A DNA stretch of 64,000 nt from Podarcis muralis (Eukaryota). A model generated the notes under the pieces. It saw nothing but the letters and a program-made list of their open reading frames with translations, did not search any database and had not been told where the DNA came from. The stretch covers positions 51,584,001 to 51,648,000 of the forward strand of contig NC_135658.1 of assembly GCF_964188315.1 (NCBI RefSeq), given 5' to 3'. The translations under genes were made by a program, and so were the position numbers. Below are positions 23,262 through 33,740 of this stretch, one piece after another (within the stretch, counting starts at the first letter, position 1; each line of letters opens with the position of its first letter).

Positions 23262-23863
23262 CACCCTTGTGCAAATTAATTGAAACAAAGCATGTTTTCT
23301 ATTTTACTCACAATCCTGTACTCAAAACAAACACAAAAAGTCAGTTGATCATTATAGTGTCGGAAGCCTGCAGCCAATAGAAGGAATGATGCTTTCACCA
23401 CAATATATTGAGGTTCTACGAAAGAGAGTTATTCCAGAGCAGGATAAGAGGTATCCTGACGGTACTGGGATATTGCAGCAGGACCTAGCCCCTTGTCACA
23501 CATCGAAAGTGCTGTAGAAATTTATGACACAGCAGCAAATACAGGTACTTGATTGGCCAGGGAATTTCCCGGACGTAAATCCCATTGAGAATTTACGGGC
23601 TATATGCAAAAGTCGCCTCCATGTTGTAGACTGTACAACTACGGAGAAGCTCATTCAGGCGCTGACTCAAGTGTAGTACGGGGATCCGAAAATCAACAGT
23701 GATTGTTTGAAACTAGTAGACTCCATGCCAAACAGTGTTCAAATGCTGCTTAAAAATAGCGGAGGTCATATCCTTTACTAATGTATGTATATCTGAGTTT
23801 GTACAGGTACATGTGAGTTTTGTTCAATAAATTACATTGTTTCAATTAATTTGCACAAGGGTG
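23262..23863 (+). mobile_element. Internally deleted Tc1 (DD34E) DNA transposon
   Basis: Perfect 27-bp TIR cacccttgtgcaaattaattgaaacaa. TA on the left, TG (mutated TA) on the right. PolyA signal at ~23826. Confidence 0.92.
23350..23781 (+). pseudogene. Tc1 transposase C-terminal remnant
   Basis: ILQQDLAPCHTSKVL*KFMTQQQIQVLDWPGNFPDVNPIENL...LVDSMPNSVQMLLKNSGGHILY*. 34 residues between D and E; two in-frame stops. Confidence 0.92.
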
Positions 23864-26800
23864 TGCACCACTGGCTGAGAAGCAGGTGTGGCATCACATC
23901 CAGCAAGTTCTCCAGCACAACCTAGGTTGGTGGTGCTTCGGTTGGGGTGGTACAGCATTACAGTGGGGCAGCATTTCCCATTTCACCTCAAGTGGCGAAA
24001 TGGGATACAACACCCCTGTGAAAAGGACTTCTCATGCCTGCCTTAGAGATACTCCTTGTATCAACTCTTCATTCATCAGGCTCTGCTTTAGTTATCATCT
24101 CTTAGTGCCAAATGAACATTTGCCGCTAGAATGAGGACTATTACATTTGTGTCTTAAGCATTTGGAACAGTGTCCCCCTGGAATTGTTCCTCTTTGATTA
24201 CATTGTGAGAGGCTTTAAAATGTCTTCCTTTTCATCTAGCCATTGAGATAACTAGAAGGATCTTTTCAAAGGCTGGCGCTTTTTGTCATGTGATTGTATT
24301 TCTATTCAGCTTTCACTGAATTTCTATTATTTTAGTTTTATCACTTTTCTCTGTGGTAAAAGGCACCTTGCTGGAAAAGCAGCATATAAATATCTAAAAC
24401 AAATGAATGAATTGAAGTTGTGCTTGAGCTGGGTCACTTGCAAGTCATGTGCTCAGACCACAAAAAAGAAAATATGTACTCCAATACCCTTTGAAGAACT
24501 ATTTAAATAAACACTTCCATCCATGTACATCATGAGTGATTAGTAGCAAGTATAAACACAAATGTTATTGCTATCCCTAGGTTTATTTTACAGCATACTT
24601 AGGTGAGTAAAGAATGTACATAATGCACATGCCCTTTATTTAAAGTAATTTACCTTCAGTGATTTCAAACAATGTACAATATGTGGCACTTTCTAGACCT
24701 CCATTGGATAATTATTGTAAATTCATTTAATAGCTGATGTTATATAGTGTGGCACATGTTTTCCTAGTGAGCCCATTTAAAACAAAATACTGCATATATG
24801 AGCACCGCAAATTTGTTCAAAGGCAGCCGTAGGCATTTCCTATACACTAGGTTCGAAATCAGCAATCTAGCCATCAGTCTTAGAGTCACCATACGTCTCC
24901 TTTCATACACTAGACCTCTTATCTGTCCACTCAAACAAGAAAGATCTGCTCCATCCTAAGCATATGTTGGCAACAAGAGAGGATATTTCCCCATTTCACA
25001 TACACATTTATTCAGCTGTGGTTCAGCCCAATTGACGTCTGTTAGATGGGAAGTTTCTTTCCTCTACTGCTGGAAAAGGAAGTGCCAAGTAATTATGGGA
25101 GGGGACTGAAAAGCTTTATCTTTCTCAGTGGAAGATCTACAATATAGATAGTCACCGATGGGCAGCGGAGTGAGAATATTAACTATCGCACCACCACAAT
25201 CCCACTGTCACAGAAAAAGATAAGGTCATGCTTAACTGGAGTTTGTGTAGTTTAGAAGAATGCCAACAGCTGATGGTCGAATTTATTCAACCTTTGTTAT
25301 TAACCTATATACGTGTGTGTAGTTCAGAAATTGCTATTACAAACAACTGTGTAGATCTAATAAATCTGTATGTTCTGATCCAGAAGCTGTGCAGATGAAA
25401 CCCCATATGACGTGATCTCCCATTGTCCATGGAAAGTTATATCCCAATCCATTGCACAGAATTAGGCAAAGCCAAGCATGAGCTTTGCAAGTTTCAATAT
25501 TCATGTTCGGATACATGTTTTGGATACAGAGGATCTTTTGTTGAATAGCTAAGCAAATGATATTAAACTCAAAAGTCGTCCCCCCTCCCCTCCACTGCCA
25601 CTTTTCTTCCTGAGGATTAATCACAAGTAAGACAAAACTTCACAAACACTCAAAGACATGGTTTGGGAATTAGAAAACAGCATCTTGGTCATCGGAACAG
25701 CAACCTCAGAAACAGCAGGAAAGTTTCAGGAGAAAAAGCAGTCACTATCTAATCCACAGATGAGGGACCTGTACCCCACCAGTTATTGTGGACTCTAATT
25801 CCTGTTTGGTCTAGCCAGCTTGGTCAATGGCCTATTGTCTGTTTGGTGGTGGTGGTGGGTGTCTGTCAGACTGAGGCCAGATGCTTCAAAGTCAGTCATT
25901 TATCCAAGGTTCAGATATATACCACACCTTGCCTTTCAACAAAACCTCATTTTTTGTTTAATGAATTCTTTGTCAGCTGCTTAGAATGAATGAATGAATG
26001 GGAGTAGTTTACTCCATGCCCTGATTTTTCAGAATGATTTACTGTTGGCCACTGAACTCAGGATTCATGAATGATCTCTTTCTGGTCACATGATTCAACC
26101 CACTTTGAAAGATCAGCCCAACGGTTTATATGTTACAGACTGTTTCATGTACGCCAATAATGTCAGGTCAGGTCATGCAGGAAGGGAGTGCACTTGAAAA
26201 CACTTTCCAAAACAGGATTTAATTTAATTCTTTTCTTAAGTGGTGTGCACACTGAAGGAATTTTAAGGGCTCTCATGACAACACAACCATTTTTTTATAT
26301 CCAAATATTTCCAAGATTACTGGAAAATATTAAATGTACATTGGCGTTACATGAAAAGATTATGCTCATTTTCATCAAATCTTCTCATTATCAGGAAAAC
26401 ATTTGAGAAACACTTAATAGCACCTAGGCAACTATTATAAATGACTAATAAATGATGCACAAAAGCTGGCTTCTTCTTATCCCTGAAACCTCAATTATCT
26501 TTAAAAGGTTAGATTATCTGTTTAATACCGAATTTCACCAACACCCAACCCTTCTTTTTCTGTGGCGCCACTCCCTCCAGCGGCAGTAAGAATATATTGT
26601 CTGTCCTACTTGTTTGGAGCTCCCTAAAAGGGAGCCCAAATGTTATTTTGACTGACTTGAACAAGATCAAATGCCACCACCAAAGACGAATGGCCCTGAG
26701 GTATCTTTGACATTTTTGGTCAAATGGACTTTTATGTAGTATAAGCAAAATGTGCTTGGCTGCTTGAACAGAATTGTAGTAGGAGAACTGGATCATCCCC

Positions 26801-27373
26801 ACAGATATATGGATGGCATATGCACTGCCAGACCTACATTTGGGGGGCCCTGAAGCTCGAACTGTTATGGTAAGGTTACCAGATTTTTTTAAATGAATCC
26901 GGGGGCACTTATTGTTTGCTATGTGCATGTGAATGCTGAGAAAGCTGTAAATACAGGGACTGTCCCCAGGAAATGGGGACATCTGGTGACCTTATGTTAT
27001 GGGCTCCCCCTTGCAACCAGCAACAAGGCCAGGTTAACCACTGCTATCTTCTTCATCTGTGCTACTGAGTCTCATACTTTGAGATTTGTCGAAATTCATA
27101 CAACAAAAAATTGTCTACAAGACCCATTTTTTAAAGTAATGCGGACTAAAGTTTCTTCTGGGACCCCTCCGGGATTAAGGGCCATGAAGCTTAAGCTTCA
27201 TTAGTTTTATAGTAGATAACCTGTGCGTGTGGATATCTGTCACCTTTGATTTTTAAAAAAGAATAATCCACATTTGGAATAGTTACAGATAGGTAGCCGT
27301 GTTGGTCTGCCATAGTCAAAACAAAAAAAATTCCTTCCAGTAGCACCTTAAAGACCAACTAAGTTAGTTCTTG

Positions 27374-27411
27374 GTATGAGCTTTCGTGTGCATGCACACT
27401 TCTTCAGATAC
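27374..27411 (-). ncRNA. Minimal type I hammerhead ribozyme (Penelope-associated)
   Basis: rc GUAU-CUGAAGA-A-GUGUG(CAUG)CACAC-GAA-AGCU-C-AUAC: stem I GUAU/AUAC, CUGANGA core, 5-bp stem II, GAAA, and palindromic AGCU stem III. Confidence 0.85.
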
Positions 27412-27591
27412 ACTGAAACAGAAGTTGCCAGATCCTTCTATATAGTGAGAAGGTGGGGAGGGGTATTACTCAGAAGGGTGGTGGGAATGGGTGATTGGCA
27501 GGTAGCTGTGATGAGCCTGTTGACGACTCTTAATGACTGCAATAGGTCTTACAGGAAAAAGCAAGGGGTGAGAAGGTGAAAAATGGCTTTG

Positions 27592-28561
27592 TCATGTATA
27601 ATGAGATAAGAATCCAATGTCTTTGTTCAGACCAGGTCTCTCCATGGTTTTAAGTTTGGTAATGAGTTGCAATTCAGCAGCTTCTCTTTCCAGTCTATTT
27701 CTGAAATTCCTTTGTAGTAAAACAGCTACTTTGAGATCTTGTATAGAATGTCCTGGGAGATTGAAGTGTTCTCCTACTGGTTTCTCTGTCTTGTGATTCT
27801 TGATGTCAGATTTATGTCCGTTTATTCTTTGGCGTAAGGTTTGGCCTGTTTGTCCAATATAGAGAGCTGAAGGACACTGTTGGCATTTGATGGCATACAC
27901 AATGTTAGACGATGAGCAATTAAATAGTCCCGAGATGGTATGTGTGATGTTGTTGGGGCCAGTAATGGTGTTGTCCGGGTGTATGTGGCAGCAAAGTTGG
28001 CATCTGGGTTTATTGCAGGCTCTGGTGCCAGTGTCCGTGTTAAGTCTGGTTGTAGTATTATTGTGGGTTAGGAGTTGTTTAAGATTGGGTGGCTGTCTGT
28101 AGGCAATGAAAGGTCTTCCTCCCAGAACTTGAGAAAGAGAACTGTCATTGTCCAGGAGAGGTTGTAGATCTCTGATGATGCATTGTACTGTTTTAACTTG
28201 GGAGCTGTATGTGATGACTAGAGGTGTTCTGTTATTTTCTTTTTTGGGTCTGTCTTGCAGCAAGTTCTCTCTGGGTATCAGTCTGGCTCTGTTGATCTGT
28301 TTTCTAACTTCATCTGCTGGGTATTTTAGTTCTAAAAAGGTTTGCTGTAGATCTCTTAGGTGAGAGTCTCTGTCTGTAGAATTGGAACAGATACGGCTGT
28401 AACGTAGTGCCTGGCTATATACAATGGACTGTTTGGTATGTTTGGGATGGTAGCTAGAGGCATGTAGATATGTTTGTCGGTCAGTTGGTTTACGGTATAA
28501 GGTGGTGTCTATGCGCCCATCCTGTATTTTTATAGTAGTGTCCAAAAAATGTATTTTTGTT
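27592..28561 (-). CDS. Penelope RT C-terminus/thumb plus GIY-YIG endonuclease, 5'-truncated
   Basis: ~323 aa open. FLDTTI..LYRKPTD..YLHASSYHP, CNKPRCQLC, NIVYAIKC...LYIGQTGQTLRQRINGH, HFN, RLEREAAELQLI. Confidence 0.93.
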
Positions 28562-29677
28562 TCCACATTTGGAAGAAATGTCCAAAAGCTTCTAAAAACA
28601 TACGGAGACAGTGCAACAATTCTAACTTACAGAGTTTTTCTGGGTGGTAGAAGAGCAATTGGAAAACAGTATGAAAACCAAATGGCAGTAGGGAGCATTA
28701 CCTTTGTTGCCAAGGTAATGAATCAACAATTTCAGAGGAAAGGCTAAAAGGAAGTCACAAGAACAGACCAGCTAAATCATATATGACATTAGTCATATAT
28801 ATGTCCCATTGGAATCAGAGGGATGTTAGTACACATTCCAACTAAGCATATTTACTCAGAAGTAGGGAATTTGGTTTCTACATGAAAATTCATTAGCATT
28901 TTACTGTGATTCCCCCTCTAATACACACATTTTTGTATAGCATTTCCAAAGCAATTTCCCCTACCTTAATGCATTTCTTTATGTTATTTTCACACACCTA
29001 TATGTGCATATGTACACTTTACCCTAGTAAATGCATTCTTGTACACATTACATGACTGGAGAACTGCAAAGTAAAATCCAGAAAAGCGTGAATTTCAAAG
29101 GATAAATGCATTTCAGTTCAATGCTCTCTGGGTTAACCATACCCAAGATCCTGTTTGGTGAGAGTCCCCACTCAGCACATGCACATGCATTAGAGCATGT
29201 GTTCACAAATCATTTCCCTGGTCACAAGAGGTCCCTATTGCCTTCAGGTGTCCACGTATTTAAATAAATGGGGAAGCCCAGACCCAAGAGTCCCTTTGGC
29301 AAGCAGTGCCATCAGCTGGCTTTAGTGCAGGATTTCCATTTGTAAACAGTCAGGAAATGTAATTCCATGTATGCACACCATGCAGGAATCTAGACTTCAA
29401 ATTCCCCTGTTTCTTTTCTTTTCTTTTAGTATCCTATTAACTGTTTGTTAAGAAGTGCAAACCTAATTTTAAAAAAGGAAAGCAAAGAATAAAAATTATA
29501 AACTATAAAAGATCACAGACTGGCTGGACACAAGTACAAAGATACAGCAGAGCTCTGAAGGAATAAGAAATTATTGACTCATACAAATATTTCCTTTACA
29601 AACAACAAAGATATGCAAAAAATAAAAGTATTCTCTGAGTTCCATAATTATTGAGAATAAAGGTTCTATAACACCTG

Positions 29678-30556
29678 TCTCCCTGGTTATTTAACTTATA
29701 TGCAGAATTCATCATGCGAAAGGCTGGACTGGATGAATCCCAAGCCAGAATTAAGATCGCCGGAAGAAATATCAACAACCTCAGATATGCAGATGACACA
29801 ACCTTGATGGCAGAAAGTGAGGAGGAATTAAAGAACCTTTTAATGAGGGTGAAAGAGGAGAGCGCAAAATATGGTCTGAAGCTCAACATCAAAAAACAAA
29901 GATCATGGCCACTGGTCACATCACCTCCTGGCAAATAGAAGGGGAAGAAATGGAGGCAGTGAGAGATTTTACTTTTTTGGGCTCCATGGTCACTGCAGAT
30001 GGTGACAGCAGTCATTAAATTAAAAGATGCCTGCTCCTTGGGAGAAAGGCGATGGCAAACCTAGACAGCATCTTAAAAAGTAGAGACATCACCTTGCCAA
30101 CAAAGGTCCGTATAGTTAAAGCCATGGTTTTCCCAGTAGTGATGTATGGAAGTGAGAGCTGGACCATCAAGAAGGCTGTTCACCGAAGAATTGATGCTTT
30201 TGAATTATGGTGCTGGAGGAGACTCTTGAGAGTCCCATGGACTGCAAGAAGATCAAACGTATCCATTCTTAAGGAAATCAGCCCTGAGTGCTCACTGGAA
30301 GGACAGATCCTGAAGCTGAGCTTTGGCCACCTCATGAGAAGAGAAGACTCCCTGGAAAAGATCCTGATGTTGGGAAAGATGGAAGGCACAAGGAGGACGA
30401 CAGAGGGAAAGGTGATTGGACAGTGTTCTCGAAGCTACGAACATGAGCCTGACCAAACTGCGGGAGGCAGTGGAAGACAGGAGTGCCTGGCGTGCTCTGG
30501 TCCATGGGGTCACGCAGAGTCGGACACGACTAAACAACTAAACAACAACAACAAAA
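29678..30556 (+). mobile_element. 5'-truncated BovB (RTE) LINE with frameshifts
   Basis: LFNLYAEFIMRKAGLDES..NLRYADDTTLMAES and RRIDAFELWCWRRLLRVPW. (CAA)n tail and 8-bp TSD aacacctg (29670-29677, 30557-30564). Confidence 0.95.
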
Positions 30557-32420
30557 AACACCTGAAATGAGCCAGACATTTGTATAAACTGGGAAAACCG
30601 AACAACTGTGTGCATCAGTATTCATATAAGAAATAAAATCATGCTGTATAGAAAAAAAAAAAGGTAGAAAAAGGCAGTTACAATTTCTGCCCATCCCAAC
30701 TCAGTCTATGCCCACCTTCATCCATATGACATTAATGCCAAGTTCATCTGTTTGAAACACATAAGTATAGCAGCTGTACAGTAGCAGTTCACTTTCTTTT
30801 AATTGCTTTACCAGTATTTCTCAACATATAACATGGAACCTATCCGGAATTAGCATTCATGAACTAGATGATAGGTTTTATAAAGTTGATCTTTGTGGCT
30901 AAGTTATGGAAACATTTGGATCTGCATGCAGCAGTGTTTCAATTTCCAGTGTTTAATATATATGAGATGTATTGTTGGGTGCATTAGAAATAATAAAAGG
31001 TCTGTGAAACCCTTAAAGCCAGCTATTGACAGTTGCAAGTTAATGGTCTTACTCACTGGCATAAGCATGCTAACCACAAAGCATGACTCCTAGTCTAAAT
31101 AGGATCCACAAATGTCGTTCACACTGCTCAGAGAGATAAAAAGAGATTACGCTTAAGGGTTCAAACTTCTACTTGCTTTTTACTTCTTTTGTTCTGTTCT
31201 CTTAGCAATTACATTAAATGATTCAGTTGTATGGGGTTATCAAATTAAGAATTTCCCCCATTAAAGGAAACACACCCTTCTGCTTTCCATTTTCAGAAAC
31301 ACAGCCTTGCACTGGCTAAAATTAAAATAACTCATTGTCATGGTTCTCATACATTTCTTTTGCTAGAATGTCATGCATTAAGTAAAGTTTATAACTGCTA
31401 TAATCTATGCCTGTTGGTTCTAGTAAAAGATAGAACTCTTCAGTTCATTTGCCACACAAAGTCTAGATGCTTTGTCCTGTTCATCTTGGATAAAAATAAG
31501 GATTATTCTAATTTCTGACAAACCAGTGAATATTACAATTGGGCTACCGCCCACTCTCAGCTAGGCAAACACAACCATTCAGCTGTAATCCCACTTTAGC
31601 CCAAGCTTAGCTATAACAATACATATCGTCAATGAAATGCAAAAATACTCACCTCACTAAATTATTTGACTGTAATTCCATCCGCTTTTATTCCTCCTGT
31701 GACAAAGATAAAGGATTAAAATAACTGGCTGGCTCTGCTTTGCTTTATGTTCTCTGAGAGGTCAATCCAATCACAATTTCTTGTGCAAAAGCCTCCTTGA
31801 AATTAACAGGGGACTTTTAAGAACACAGTCCTGTTCACATAGATGGGACTTGGTGGAATTAAAATTCTCCAGCAGACTGTACCCTATATTTTTCTCTGAA
31901 TGTAACACATCTAAAATGTATTGCTATATATTGTGTATATATGTATTTGCTATATATTGGTAGCAAACTATGTGCTTGATGGGTGGTCAGTAATCTCCAC
32001 TATGATGCTGAGCACAATGAAATAAGAATAAGCTCCTGCATAATGTGGGAGACAATTTCTTGGCTCACGCATAATGCTAAACTATGTTTGAGCATTATGA
32101 AGGTAAGCCTTGGTCTTGGATGCTTCTTGTCCCCACTCTTCCAGTCCAACTGCAAGAGGAATACAAGTTTCTGCTTCCATTTTAGATTAACCATGGCTTA
32201 GAATTGTGTCCAAAGCCTAAACTGTGGCTAACCTTAACTATGGTTACTGAAGACAAGCTAGGTTTATAAAGTAAATGTTGAAGTGGTCTTCTTTCCAGTC
32301 TCTCCATATTGGAACAACACAGCAAACAGCAGTTAATCTAAAATTCAAGCAAAAGCTTTTGATTTTCTCCTCATGGCTGTACTGGGATATGGGGGAAAGA
32401 TGTGGGCCTGCCTAGGCTTA

Positions 32421-32532
32421 GTTACATACTGAACTGGTTCAGTCATAATATTAAACCTTTAGTGTTCTATGAGAAACATAATGTTAAACACTAAAGGTTT
32501 AATATTATGACTGAACCAGTTCAGTATGTAAC
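32421..32532. repeat. Perfect inverted repeat: 46-bp arms, 20-bp spacer, TA-flanked
   Basis: 32421-32466 is the exact reverse complement of 32487-32532, with TA on both sides. Confidence 0.95.
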
Positions 32533-33059
32533 TATTTTACAATACATTGTTACTATATTCTTATATCTTCTTTCTCTCAACACTCACCAAATTAACAATT
32601 TGCTATGCTCACTATTGAAACAAAGTACCAATGGTTTGTTCAAAGTCTTTTCAAACCATGATGAAGAGAGGCAATCATTCCCTGAAAAGATTCATTTATT
32701 TATTTGTCTCAGAAAGTTGTACAGATGTATTAAATGCAGAGGATTAGCAGAAAATCTCCCCTGGCTATAACCTTTTCCTTAAGATTGTTTTTAAATGTGG
32801 CTTGCTAATGGATAGAGTCCTGGGAAATTTAAAGGTTACTTAAATTTCCTTGCCAAAAGACAATATCCAGCAAGCAGATCTGGTAAGGATTCAAACTGTT
32901 AAAAATAATTATGAAATGTTCCTAGTCATTGCATCAGAACATAGCAGACCTTAAATACATCCAGTTGTATTATGTGCAGAGAATGATGAGAGATTTAACT
33001 TTTGGGTTTGGGCTATCATCATTAGGAAACATGTTTGTACCCATTTCAGAGTCACTTAC

Positions 33060-33167
33060 CAACTTAGATTTCCAGCAATATGAAGGTTTCAACATGGAGG
33101 CATGGATAAGCTCTCCTGACTTCGAGAATTTGTCCTCTACAACATGTAAGGTGTGAAAGATCAAATC
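33060..33167 (-). other. Candidate 108-nt frame-preserving exon (minus strand)
   Basis: Acceptor gatgctctttctag and donor TTG|gtaagt. Open phase-0 frame DLIFHTLHVVEDKFSKSGELIHASMLKPSYCWKSKL. Not recognised. Confidence 0.2.
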
Positions 33168-33390
33168 CTAGAAAGAGCATCCAAGTGACCAGACAAAAGG
33201 ATGGAGGACAGGGGGTGTCACCACACTACATCCATGAAGTATTTCATCTTGTGATTTCAGATGACTGCTAGCTACCCTGAAACTTACCATATGTCTTCCT
33301 GGCTTTACCCATATGAACAAGTTTTCTTCCTGAACATTAGAGCACAATTCGTGGGAGGGACAGCATCCCCAAGTGATGCCAGTGGCATAT

Positions 33391-33740
33391 AGGTACCCCT
33401 GCCCGTACGGGCCAGTCGTGTCCGACTCTAGGGTTGCGCGCTCATCTCGCTTAAGAGGCCAGGAGCCGTCGCCGTCCGAAGACACTTCCGGGTCACGTGG
33501 CCAGCGTGATGAAGCTGCAGCTGGCGAGCCAGCACCGCACACGGAAACGCCGTTTACCTTCCCGCTATAAAGCGGTACCTATTTATCTACTTGCACTTAG
33601 GGGTGCTTTTGAACTGCTAGGTGGGCAGGAGCTGGGACTGAACGACGGGAGCTCACCCCGCCGTGGGGATTCGAACCGCCGACCTTACGATCAGCAAGTC
33701 CTAGGCACTGAGGTTTTACCCACAGCACCACCCGCGTCCC
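33391..33740 (-). mobile_element. Sauria SINE
   Basis: rc of the Sauria head and tail. 14-bp TSD tgccagtggcatat. Confidence 0.95.

Larger units (their letters stand above)
27280..28561 (-). mobile_element. Young 5'-truncated Penelope-like retroelement with 3' pseudo-LTR
   Basis: Open RT-end plus GIY-YIG frame. 13-bp TSD tccacatttggaa (27267-27279, 28562-28574). Hammerhead in the 3' UTR. Confidence 0.95.

Noticed and set aside
26509-26982. 157-aa minus-strand ORF and a CTCF-like word (rc tgccgctggagggag, ~26570-26587)
   Set aside because: No recognisable protein features. The motif deviates at two core positions and cannot be supported without ChIP or conservation data.
31653-31696. Minus-strand segment with a good acceptor and a gtgagt donor
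   Set aside because: Stops in all three frames. It could only be a non-coding exon and has no other support.
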